NCBI GenBank assembly: GCA_963422645.2
Contig: CAXXVO010000014.1
Location: 320,001 to 384,000, forward strand
Direction of reading: 5' to 3'
From: Alphaproteobacteria bacterium
Lineage (GTDB): Bacteria > Pseudomonadota > Alphaproteobacteria > UBA828
DNA: 64,000 nt
The translations under genes and the position numbers were made by a program. The notes beneath the pieces were generated by a model, which was given only the letters and a program-made list of their open reading frames with translations, was not told the DNA's origin and did not search any database. Positions 50,435 to 59,446 of the stretch are shown here, piece by piece (the stretch's first letter is position 1; each line of letters opens with the position of its first letter).

Positions 50435-51596
50435 GGGCGAAGCCGAGGGTGCGCTCGACGAAGGCGCGGAGGATCAGTGCCGCGTCCACCATCTCGGCGA
50501 GCGGTATGAACTCGTTGGCGGCGTGGCTTATGGCGCCGTCGCCGGGGCCGAAATTGACGATCTCGATACCGTCCCGCGCGAAGAAGCGGCCGTCGCTCGC
50601 GGCAAGCGCGTTGAGCACCTCGGGCGGCCTGCTCAGGCGCTCTTCGATGGCCGCTATCAGTGCCGAGACGAAGGGGCCGTCGAGGGGCGCGGAGAAGCCG
50701 TCGGTGCCGACCGGGCGGTGCAGGGTGTAGGAGCCCGCAGGCTCGCCCGCGCCGGCCAGCACGGCCTCCATCTCGGCATGGGCCTCCTCGACCGGCTCGT
50801 CGGGCAGCAGGCGGCGGTCGATGCGGGCCGCGCAGCGATCCGGCACCACATTGGGGTTCTCACCGCCGTGGAGGGTGCCGATGTTCATTGTCGAGACCTT
50901 GCCGCCGCTGCGCCTTGCATCGAGCCTCGGCCCGAGCTCGGACTGCAGCCGGTCGAGCAGGCGCATCATGCGGAGAATGGCGTTGTCACCCGCGGGCGGG
51001 TCGCCGCCGTGGGCGGCGCGGCCGGTGGTCTCGATCTCGAGCCAGAGGATGCCGCGCTCCTCGACGATGAGCTGGTTCTCGGTGGGCGAGCCCAGGACGA
51101 GGGCATCGGGCTGGATCAACCCCTCTTGGCGGAGGTACGCGGTGCCCTCCAGCCCCAGGCGCTCCTCGTCGCCGGCAAGCACGAAGACCACGCTGCCCCG
51201 CGCGGGTCCGCCGCGCCGCGCCACCTCGTCCGCGAGCCACAGATGCACCGCCGCCGAGCCCTTGCAGTTGTTGGCGCCGAGCCCGTAGATGCAGCCCTTC
51301 TCCATGGTTGCGGCGAAGGGGTAGGTGCGCCAGGCCGCGCGGTCGCCGGTGCCCACCGTGTCGATGTGAGAATTGAACACCACGCAGGGTGAGCCCTCGC
51401 CCATCTGCGCGACCAGGTTGGCGATCGGCGGGGTCCGCATCGGCATGGAGACCGCGTAGCCGGCCGCCCTGAAATGCTCGCCGGCGGCTTCGCAAATCGC
51501 CCGCGTGTCGCCCGGAGGCGTGGTGGAGGGTATCGCGATCAGCTCGGCGAGGAGCCCGTGCAGCGAGTCGGCGATGGATTTTTCCGCGTTTGACAT
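50424..51596 (-). CDS. M20 metallopeptidase/deacylase (ArgE/DapE-like)
   Basis: FNSHIDTV, GDEE, GRAAHGG and HAANE. Confidence 0.85.
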   Translation of the reverse strand: MSNAEKSIADSLHGLLAELIAIPSTTPPGDTRAICEAAGEHFRAAGYAVSMPMRTPPIANLVAQMGEGSPCVVFNSHIDTVGTGDRAAWRTYPFAATMEKGCIYGLGANNCKGSAAVHLWLADEVARRGGPARGSVVFVLAGDEERLGLEGTAYLRQEGLIQPDALVLGSPTENQLIVEERGILWLEIETTGRAAHGGDPPAGDNAILRMMRLLDRLQSELGPRLDARRSGGKVSTMNIGTLHGGENPNVVPDRCAARIDRRLLPDEPVEEAHAEMEAVLAGAGEPAGSYTLHRPVGTDGFSAPLDGPFVSALIAAIEERLSRPPEVLNALAASDGRFFARDGIEIVNFGPGDGAISHAANEFIPLAEMVDAALILRAFVERTLGFALSS

Positions 51597-51598
51597 GG

Positions 51599-52492
51599 TC
51601 ATTCGTCTTTGTCGGCTCGGATGATCGAGGTGCCACCGAGCGAGCGCGGGTCGCGAGCCTGCCAGCGGCCGTTCTCGACCTGGGCGAAGAAGTCCGCGCA
51701 AGCCTGGTTGAAGGCTTCCGGTTCCTCGAGATTGATCGTGTGGCCCGACTTCGGGATCACCAGCAGGCCGGCGGTCGCGATCGTGCGCTTGAGATAGAGG
51801 TTGGCGTCGAGGCAGGGCTCGTCCTCGTCGCCGGTGATCAGGAGCGTCGGCACGGTCAACGCAGCGAGGCCCTCTTCGAGATCGTAGAGCGAGGGGCGGC
51901 GGGACTGCACGCCGCGCAGCGTGTTCGCCGCGCCCTTGGCGGAGTGATCGGCCAGCCGGTCGCGGAAGGTGGCCCAGCCGCGCGGGTCCTTGGCCTGGAA
52001 CTGCACGCGGGTGGGGCCCAAGGCATAGTCGGCGCCGACTGGGCCGGCACCCTCGCGCTCCAGGCGGTCCGCCACCGCGTGGGTCTCGCGCTGAAAGCCG
52101 CTGCGGGCGTCCTTCGGCGCGCCGTAGCCGCAGCCGGCGACCACCAGAGACGAAGCGCGCGCCGGGTGCTTGAGGCCGACGTGAATGGTTGCGAAGCCGC
52201 CCATGCTCAAGCCCACGACGTGGGCGCGCTCGATGCCGAGATGATCGAGGAGGGCGACGGCGTCCGCCACCGCGTGGTCCTGGCTGTACGCGTCCGCGTC
52301 CTCCGGCACGTCGGAGGGCGGATAGCCGCGGGCGTTGTAGGCGATGCAGCGGTAGCGCCGCGAGAAATGGCAGAGCTGCGGCTCCCAGCTCAGGTGATCG
52401 CCCGCGAACTCGTGGATGAAGAGCACCGGGTGACCCGCTCCGGCCTCCTCGTAGTAGAGCCTGGTTCCGTCCGGCGACGGCGCGTAGGGCAT
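51599..52492 (-). CDS. Alpha/beta hydrolase
   Basis: HEFAGD, GLSMGG and GHTINLEEP. Confidence 0.88.
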   Translation of the reverse strand: MPYAPSPDGTRLYYEEAGAGHPVLFIHEFAGDHLSWEPQLCHFSRRYRCIAYNARGYPPSDVPEDADAYSQDHAVADAVALLDHLGIERAHVVGLSMGGFATIHVGLKHPARASSLVVAGCGYGAPKDARSGFQRETHAVADRLEREGAGPVGADYALGPTRVQFQAKDPRGWATFRDRLADHSAKGAANTLRGVQSRRPSLYDLEEGLAALTVPTLLITGDEDEPCLDANLYLKRTIATAGLLVIPKSGHTINLEEPEAFNQACADFFAQVENGRWQARDPRSLGGTSIIRADKDE

Positions 52493-52599
52493 GGCTGCTA
52501 TTCCTCCCGCGCGCACCATAGATAGGGGCAGGGCGGCGCGCGAGTCCGGGTTTCGTGGTATAGTGGCCTATCGCAAGACGAATGAGCGGAGCTCTGCGC

Positions 52600-53538
52600 A
52601 TGTGCGGAATAGCGGGCGTGATGTTTAAGCACGGGGGCACGGGACTGGCGACGGGCCAGGCGTTGATCGACATGCTGGACGGCTGCCAGCACCGCGGCCC
52701 GGATTCCACCGGCTTTGCGCTCTACGAGGATGCCAAACCGGGCGAGCTCCGGCTTCGCTTTCTCGTGGAGGAGAACGGCGCCAGCGATGGCGTCGGCCAC
52801 AACAGCGGTGTCGAGGGCGCGATCGCGGACATTCGCAGGACGCTGGAGGACCACGGCGCGGAGATCGTGGACGACGAGCACGTGGGCAACAGCTACCGGG
52901 CGATCGTGCGCTTCTCCGGCGACGTGCAGAAGCTCACCTACGACATGGAGCATGCGGCAACGCTGATCTCGATCGGGGAGAGCCTGGACATCCGCAAGGA
53001 CGTGGGCGGGGCCCACGATGTCGACGATGTCTTTCACGTGCGCGATGTGAAGGGCACCCACGGCTTGGGTCACGTGCGGCTTGCGACCGAGTCCGAGGTG
53101 AAGCCCGAAGCGGCGCATCCCTTCTGGGCGACCGGGTTTACCGACATCGCGATCGTGCACAACGGCCAGATCACGAACTATTGGAAGATGCGGCGCAGGC
53201 TTGAGCGGCGTGGGTTCGAGTTCCATACGGACAACGACAGCGAGCTGATTGCGGTCTATCTGGCGGACAAGCTCGCCAACGATGTGCCGCTGGAAGACGC
53301 CCTGAAGACCTCGATCGACGACCTCGACGGCACGTTCTCGTTCCTGGTCTCGACCAAGGACGAGATCGGCTACGCCAAGGATCATCTCGCGGCAAAGCCG
53401 ATGATCATGTACGAGAACGACGACATGATCGCGATCGCCTCGGAGGAGGTTTCGTTGAACCGCCTCTTCCCGGGCCGCGCGCTCGACACCAGGGAACCGC
53501 CGCCGGGGAGCTACGGTACATGGTCCAGATTGACCTAG
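52600..53538 (+). CDS. Class II glutamine amidotransferase (MgsA/GlxB-like)
   Basis: MCGIAG, HRGPDS, HVRLATES, HNGQITN and DNDSE. Confidence 0.85.
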   Translation: MCGIAGVMFKHGGTGLATGQALIDMLDGCQHRGPDSTGFALYEDAKPGELRLRFLVEENGASDGVGHNSGVEGAIADIRRTLEDHGAEIVDDEHVGNSYRAIVRFSGDVQKLTYDMEHAATLISIGESLDIRKDVGGAHDVDDVFHVRDVKGTHGLGHVRLATESEVKPEAAHPFWATGFTDIAIVHNGQITNYWKMRRRLERRGFEFHTDNDSELIAVYLADKLANDVPLEDALKTSIDDLDGTFSFLVSTKDEIGYAKDHLAAKPMIMYENDDMIAIASEEVSLNRLFPGRALDTREPPPGSYGTWSRLT

Positions 53539-55478
53539 GACAGGTTTCGGTCCGGGACGCCAACGAGAAAATCCGCGAGTGGGGGGCTGAGGGCGAGGAC
53601 ATCGAGGTCCTCAACCCCGACGCGCGCCATCATATCGGCGTCGGCCTGATTCACCCGGTGCGGGTGCATATCCGGGGCTCTGCGGGCTACTTCTGCGCAG
53701 GGCTCGCGGACCAGGCGCGCTTCGAGATCGACAACAACGTCGGCTGGGGCCTCGGCGACAACATGTACGCCGGCACGGTGACGGTGCGCGGCAACGCCGG
53801 CGCGATCGCGGGCGTGGCGATCCGGGGCGCCGAGATCGTGGTGCACGGCAACGTGGGCTCGCGCGCTGGGCAGGTGATGAAGGCGGGGACGCTCTGCTGC
53901 GTCGGCAACGCCAACTTCATGGCCGGCTACATGATGTACGGCGGGCGCATCATCATCTTGGGCGAATCCGGCGAGCGCGTGGGCGAGGACATGGCGGCCG
54001 GCGATATCTATGTCGGCGGCGCGGTGCGCTCGCTCGGCTCCGACGCGCAGCTGACCGATATCGAAGAGGCCGAGGTCGACGACATCCGCGCGTTCCTGGA
54101 CCGCCACGAAATCTCGTACAAGGGCGGCTTCCAGAAGGTCGAGAACGCCGGCAAGCGCCTGCGCTACGCCACCAGCGAACAGCAGGTGCGCAGCATCCCC
54201 TTCTTCACCTTCTCGGGCGCATCGGAATACTGGAACCCGAAGGTGCAGGAGGACGTCTACGTCAAGTCGCAGATCGGCCGTTACCGGGTACGGGGCTATG
54301 GCGGCGCGCGCACGCTGCCGCATCTCTCGGACCTGGCCTTCAAGCGCGACCTCTCGGGCGCCGGCGCGGCAGGCGACCCGGTGGAAGCGGTCGAGATGCG
54401 GACCGAGATCGGCGGCCTGAACGGGGCGAAGGCGCTCAAGCTTTCGATGCCGGTGATGATCGCGCCGATGAGCTACGGCGCGCTCTCGCGCTCCACCAAG
54501 CAGGCGGTGGGCATGGCGTCGAGCATGGCCGGCATCGCCGAGAACACCGGCGAGGGCGGCATGAGCGACGCCCAGCGGGGCGCGGCGGAGCAGCTCGTGT
54601 TCCAGTGCTTGGGCGGCCGGCTCGGCTGGAACATCCACGACATGAACCGGGCCGACGGGCTCGAGATCTACATCAGCCAGGGGGCCAAGCCCGGCTTCGG
54701 CGGCCAGCTGATGGCGAAGAAGGTGACCAAGGAGCTTGCCACCATCCGGGGCATCCCCGAGGGCATCGACCTGCGCTCGCCCTCGCGGCATCCGGACATC
54801 CTCGGCGCCGACGATCTGGTCATCAAGGTTGAGGAGTTCCGCGAGGCCACGGGTTATCGCATCCCTGTGAGCGTGAAGATGGGCGCGGGCCGGGTCAGGG
54901 ACGACATCAAGATCGCCTACAAGGACGGCTTCGACTTCGTCGAGCTCGACGGGATGCAGGGCTCCACGGGCGCGGGCGGCGCCGAGGTGATGGAACACGT
55001 GGGCGTGCCCACCCTCGCCGCGATCACGCAGGCGATCGAGGCGCTGGAGGAAGTCGAGGGCCTCGGCAAGATACAGCTCGTGCTGATGGGCGGCATCCGG
55101 GACGGAATCGACGCGGTGAAGGGCCTCTGCCTCGGCGCCGATGCGGTGGCGATGGGGACGGCGGTGATCATCGCGGGCGGCTGCATCGCCTGCATGCAGT
55201 GCCACGTGGGGCAGTGCGTGACCGGGATTGCGACCCAGGACCCCACGCACGAGCGGCGTTACAACCCGGTGGCGGAGGCCCGCAATATCCACCGCTACCT
55301 GGAAGGCGTGCGCTGGCAGATGGCGGCGCTGACCCAGGCCATGGGGTACGGCAGCACCACCCAATTGAGCCGCGACGATCTGGTCGCGGTCACGCGCGAC
55401 GCGGCGGAGATGACGGGCCTGCCCTATGCGCCGGAGTATCGCGAGCGCGAGCAGGCGCTGCGCAGCAGGATGGGTTGA
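53520..55478 (+). CDS. Fused GXGXG domain and FMN-binding glutamate synthase domain (MgsB+MgsC-like)
   Basis: N-terminal Gly-rich beta-helix, then APMSYGALS, TGEGG, QGAKPG, GGIRDG and CIACMQCHVGQC. Confidence 0.85.
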   Translation: MVQIDLGQVSVRDANEKIREWGAEGEDIEVLNPDARHHIGVGLIHPVRVHIRGSAGYFCAGLADQARFEIDNNVGWGLGDNMYAGTVTVRGNAGAIAGVAIRGAEIVVHGNVGSRAGQVMKAGTLCCVGNANFMAGYMMYGGRIIILGESGERVGEDMAAGDIYVGGAVRSLGSDAQLTDIEEAEVDDIRAFLDRHEISYKGGFQKVENAGKRLRYATSEQQVRSIPFFTFSGASEYWNPKVQEDVYVKSQIGRYRVRGYGGARTLPHLSDLAFKRDLSGAGAAGDPVEAVEMRTEIGGLNGAKALKLSMPVMIAPMSYGALSRSTKQAVGMASSMAGIAENTGEGGMSDAQRGAAEQLVFQCLGGRLGWNIHDMNRADGLEIYISQGAKPGFGGQLMAKKVTKELATIRGIPEGIDLRSPSRHPDILGADDLVIKVEEFREATGYRIPVSVKMGAGRVRDDIKIAYKDGFDFVELDGMQGSTGAGGAEVMEHVGVPTLAAITQAIEALEEVEGLGKIQLVLMGGIRDGIDAVKGLCLGADAVAMGTAVIIAGGCIACMQCHVGQCVTGIATQDPTHERRYNPVAEARNIHRYLEGVRWQMAALTQAMGYGSTTQLSRDDLVAVTRDAAEMTGLPYAPEYREREQALRSRMG

Positions 55479-55481
55479 ACG

Positions 55482-58001
55482 ATGGCGATTCTGGAGGAAA
55501 TGGAGGCGGGCGGGCAGCTGCTTGCGGAGCTGCCCGACGACACGGCCGACGCGCACTTCGTGCCGGCGCCCTGCCAGATCGCCTGCCCGGTGGGGACGGA
55601 TGCGCCCTCCTACATCGCCTATATCTGGGAGCGGAAGTTCGAGGAGGCGTTCGAGGCGATCACGGCGACCAACCCCTTCAGCTCGATCTGCGGGCGGGTG
55701 TGCGACGCGCCCTGCGAGCCGGCCTGCCGGCGCACCGATTCGGACGGCCCGGTGCAGATCCGCAACCTCAAGCGCTTCGTCATGGACGAGGTGGGCCACG
55801 ACTACGACCCGCCGCCCGTGCCGATCCGCCACGAGCAGAGCGTGGCGGTGGTGGGCTCGGGCCCGGCGGGACTGACCGCGGCGCACGAGCTTTCGGTCGC
55901 GGGCTACCGGGTCCACGTCTACGAGATGACGGACCGGCTCGGCGGCATGATGATCTGGGGCATTCCGGCGTTCCGGCTCCCGCCCGGCATCATCCAGGAG
56001 GATATCGACCGCATGATGCGGCGCTGCCCGGGGATGGAGGTCCACCTCAACACTGCGCTCGGCCGTGACGTGATGCTGGACGAGCTCAAGGAGCGGCACG
56101 ATGCCGTGGTCCTCGCCATCGGTGCGTGGTGGGGCAAGGACATGGGCATTCCGGGCGAGGACGACACCCGGGTGATCGACGGCGTGCAGTTCCTGCGCGA
56201 CGTGAACGAGGGCGCGCGGCCCGAGATGCCGGAGACGGTGGTGGTGGTGGGCGGCGGCGATGTCGCCATGGACGCCTGCCGGGTCGCGAAGCGCCTGCCG
56301 GGCTGCAAGCACGTGAAGGTGATCTACCGGCGGGGCCCGGCGGAGATCCCGGCGCGCAAGATCGAGCTCGAAGGCGCGGTCGAGGAGGGGATCGAGTTCG
56401 TCTACCACACCCAGCAGACCGCGATCGTGCCGCAAGGCAACGAGCTCGCGGTGCGCTGCGTGCAGACGACGCTGGGGGACCCGGACGAATCGGGCCGGCG
56501 CGCCCCGGTGAACGTGCCGGGCACGGAGCACGACATCGCCTGCGGCATGGTGGTCGCCTCGGTGGGGCAGGAGGGTCTCTGCGACGACCTCGACCGGCGC
56601 GGACTGATGGACCGGGACCGGGTGCGGACCGAGTGGGACGGCATGCGCACGAGCGATCCCAAGGTGTTCGCGGCCGGCGACGGGGCCTTCGGCGGGTCCA
56701 CCATCGTGATGGCGATGAACCACGGCCAGCGGGTGGCCTACTACGTGAAGGCCTTCCTCGAAGGGCACGGGGACCCGTTGCCCTATCGCACGCCTCACCG
56801 GACGCGCCGCGTGCCCGTGGCGCAGGACCTGGAGTGGGAGCTGCTGCCGGTTCAGCATCCCGACTTCCTCGGGCTGGGAAAGGACCCGGTGTCGTTCCCG
56901 GAGATCGAGACCACGTATGGCTGGGATTCGGCACGCAAGGAGGCAGCGCGGTGCTACCGCTGCGACGCGGAGACCGGCTCGGCCGATTATGCGGTGGGGC
57001 ACCGCGAGGACATCTTCGTGATGGCGCGCACCACGCCTGACGACACGGTGCGCCAGAAGGCGATGCTGGACAAGCGCATCGGCGAGCGGGACGACCCCTT
57101 CCCGGCCGAGCTTCCGGGGGTGCTCGACGATCTCGTGTTCCTGCCTGCCAACCTGTCCAGGCTGGTGATCGACCCCTACCGCGAGGCCTGCCGAATCGGC
57201 ACCAGGGTGGGCGACACCGATCTGGCGCTGCCCTTCATGGTGACCGGCTTCGACGATGCGCCGGAGGAGGTGCGTACTGCGGTCGGCCAAGGAATAGCGG
57301 AGGTGGACTCGAGCTATCTGGGCGTGCGACCCATCGGCGGCGACGCGCGCTGGTTTCAGCTCGTGTTGCCGGGCCAGATCGCGCCGAGCGCGGACGCGGC
57401 GGGGCTGATCTATGCCCTCGGCCACCGCTTCCAACGGGTAGCGGCAACAAGGGCCGCCGAGGGCCAGGTTCTGGGGCTTTCCGTCTCCTCGCCGGCGGTG
57501 TTGGAAGAGGCGATTCCCTATGCCCTCGATGCGGGCTTCGACATGCTGCTGCTGGACGGCAGCGCCGGACTCGGCGCGCCGTGGGCGGAGCTCAGGGGTG
57601 CGCCCGACCTCACGATCCTGCGGGACGCCGTGGCGATCCTGCGCCGCCTCGATCGCGAGGAGGAGATCGACCTGGTCTACTTCGGCGGCGTGCGCTCGGG
57701 CACCGATGCAGCCAAGGTGATCGCGCTCGGCACCGTCGCCGTGGTGCTGGGGGTCACGGCCGGGCTCGCAGCCGGCGGCGCGATCACCGGCAGCCGCGAG
57801 CTCGCGTTCACCGCCGACCGCAGCGACGAGGACCGCGCGGCGGGCACCGCCAACATCGTCAAGGCGTCCGCCTCCGAGGCCTCGATGATGGCGCGCTGCA
57901 CCGGCAAGACCAACCTCCAGAACGTCGAGCCCGAAGACATGCGGGCGCTCACCGTCGCGACCGCAAGCGCAACCGGTATCCCGCTCGCCGGAACGAAGTA
58001 G
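55482..58001 (+). CDS. GltD-like Fe-S/FAD/NAD(P)H oxidoreductase fused to a degenerate glutamate-synthase FMN domain
   Basis: PCQIACP, CGRVCDAPCEPAC, GSGPAG, GGGDVAMD, EAARCYRC and C-terminal GGVRSGTDAAK. Confidence 0.8.
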   Translation: MAILEEMEAGGQLLAELPDDTADAHFVPAPCQIACPVGTDAPSYIAYIWERKFEEAFEAITATNPFSSICGRVCDAPCEPACRRTDSDGPVQIRNLKRFVMDEVGHDYDPPPVPIRHEQSVAVVGSGPAGLTAAHELSVAGYRVHVYEMTDRLGGMMIWGIPAFRLPPGIIQEDIDRMMRRCPGMEVHLNTALGRDVMLDELKERHDAVVLAIGAWWGKDMGIPGEDDTRVIDGVQFLRDVNEGARPEMPETVVVVGGGDVAMDACRVAKRLPGCKHVKVIYRRGPAEIPARKIELEGAVEEGIEFVYHTQQTAIVPQGNELAVRCVQTTLGDPDESGRRAPVNVPGTEHDIACGMVVASVGQEGLCDDLDRRGLMDRDRVRTEWDGMRTSDPKVFAAGDGAFGGSTIVMAMNHGQRVAYYVKAFLEGHGDPLPYRTPHRTRRVPVAQDLEWELLPVQHPDFLGLGKDPVSFPEIETTYGWDSARKEAARCYRCDAETGSADYAVGHREDIFVMARTTPDDTVRQKAMLDKRIGERDDPFPAELPGVLDDLVFLPANLSRLVIDPYREACRIGTRVGDTDLALPFMVTGFDDAPEEVRTAVGQGIAEVDSSYLGVRPIGGDARWFQLVLPGQIAPSADAAGLIYALGHRFQRVAATRAAEGQVLGLSVSSPAVLEEAIPYALDAGFDMLLLDGSAGLGAPWAELRGAPDLTILRDAVAILRRLDREEEIDLVYFGGVRSGTDAAKVIALGTVAVVLGVTAGLAAGGAITGSRELAFTADRSDEDRAAGTANIVKASASEASMMARCTGKTNLQNVEPEDMRALTVATASATGIPLAGTK

Positions 58002-58048
58002 TGGCGGCAAGGGTGCCCTTGCGTCCGGTGATGGCATAGGCTGACCGC

Positions 58049-59335
58049 ATGCGCGTTCACCTGAACTACGGGCGGGGACAGCGGGCGGTGGAGCTGCCCG
58101 ACGGGCTCGACGTTAGGGTGATCGCCAAGCAGGCGATGCCGCTGCTCGCCGATCCGGCAACAGCGATGGACCAGGCGCTTGCGGAGCCCGTGGGCTCTGC
58201 GCCGCTCGCGGCGGAGGCCACGCGTGCGACCCGCGCCTGCATCCTGATCTGCGATTTCACGCGACCGGTGCCCAACGGACTCATCCTGCCGCCGCTCATC
58301 CGCACCTTGCTCGGTGCCGGCATGGCGCCGGAGCAGATCACGGTGCTGGTGGCGACCGGCCTGCACCGGCCCAACGAGGGCGAGGAGCTCGCCGCCCTGG
58401 TCGGCGATCCCTGGGTGCTGGAGACGGTGAACGTCGCGAACCATTTTGCGCGCGAGGACGCCGATCACGTTCTGGTGGGCACGACCGGGCGGGGCACGGT
58501 GGTGCGGCTCGACCGGCGCTTCATAGAGGCCGATCTGCGCATCGCGACCGGCCTGGTGGAGCCCCACTTCATGGCCGGCTGGTCCGGCGGGCGGAAGATG
58601 ATCGCACCCGGCGTGGCCCATGCCGAGACCATCACCACCTTCCACAGCGCGCGCTTCATGGAGCATCCCAACTGCACCAACTGCGTGCTGGAGGGCAACC
58701 CGCTGCACGAGGAGCAGCTTGCGATCATGGCGATGATCGGCGGCGCGCGGGCGGTCAACAGCGTGATCGACGACGAGCGCCGCGTCGCCTTCCTCAACTA
58801 CGGCGAGGTCGTGGCGAGCCACGCGGCGGCGGTCGCCTTCGCGGAGCAGTACTGCACCGTCCCCGTGGCCGAGCGCTTCAAGACCGTGCTGACCAGCTCC
58901 GCCGGCTATCCGCTCGACGCGACCTACTATCAGACCGTCAAGGGCATGGTCGGGCCGCTCGAAATCCTGGCGCCGGGCGGCGACCTCATCGTCGCGTCGG
59001 CGTGCTCGGAGGGCCTGGGCTCGGCGCACTACGCGGACGCGCAGCGCCGGCTGGTGGAGAATGGCCCGGAGCACTTTCTCGACGAGATCAGCGCCAAGAC
59101 CCACGCTGCCATCGACGAGTGGCAGACCGAGATGCAGCTTCGCCCCATGCGAGCCGGCACGGTCCACCTCTATACCGAGGGCCTGGCGCCCGAGGACCGC
59201 GCGCTCACCGGCGTCCGGATGACCGACTCGATCGCGGGTTCGGTAACGGAAAGCGCCGCCCGGCACGGCGATCCGCGCGTGGCCGTGATCCCCGAAGGGC
59301 CCTACGTGGTGCCTGTCCACCGGCCTGTGGCATAA
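58049..59335 (+). CDS. larA: LarA-family nickel-pincer racemase/epimerase
   Basis: DFTRPVP, ATGLHR, EPHFMAGWSGGRK and YQTVKG. Confidence 0.8.
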   Translation: MRVHLNYGRGQRAVELPDGLDVRVIAKQAMPLLADPATAMDQALAEPVGSAPLAAEATRATRACILICDFTRPVPNGLILPPLIRTLLGAGMAPEQITVLVATGLHRPNEGEELAALVGDPWVLETVNVANHFAREDADHVLVGTTGRGTVVRLDRRFIEADLRIATGLVEPHFMAGWSGGRKMIAPGVAHAETITTFHSARFMEHPNCTNCVLEGNPLHEEQLAIMAMIGGARAVNSVIDDERRVAFLNYGEVVASHAAAVAFAEQYCTVPVAERFKTVLTSSAGYPLDATYYQTVKGMVGPLEILAPGGDLIVASACSEGLGSAHYADAQRRLVENGPEHFLDEISAKTHAAIDEWQTEMQLRPMRAGTVHLYTEGLAPEDRALTGVRMTDSIAGSVTESAARHGDPRVAVIPEGPYVVPVHRPVA

Positions 59336-59446
59336 CTCACGCCTTCTCTTCACTAACGCCCGCCGCGCCCTTGGCGAATGGGGAATCCAAGGGTAGGTTT
59401 CGCGCATGCGGCCCGGCTCGGCCGATCGACATCAAGGGGGAATGCT

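Noticed and set aside
53535-58037. 1500-aa minus-strand ORF and other long shadow ORFs (e.g. 3525-5300, 11591-13714, 27883-30186)
   Set aside because: They are antisense or off-frame shadows of well-supported genes, expected at high GC, and carry no motifs.
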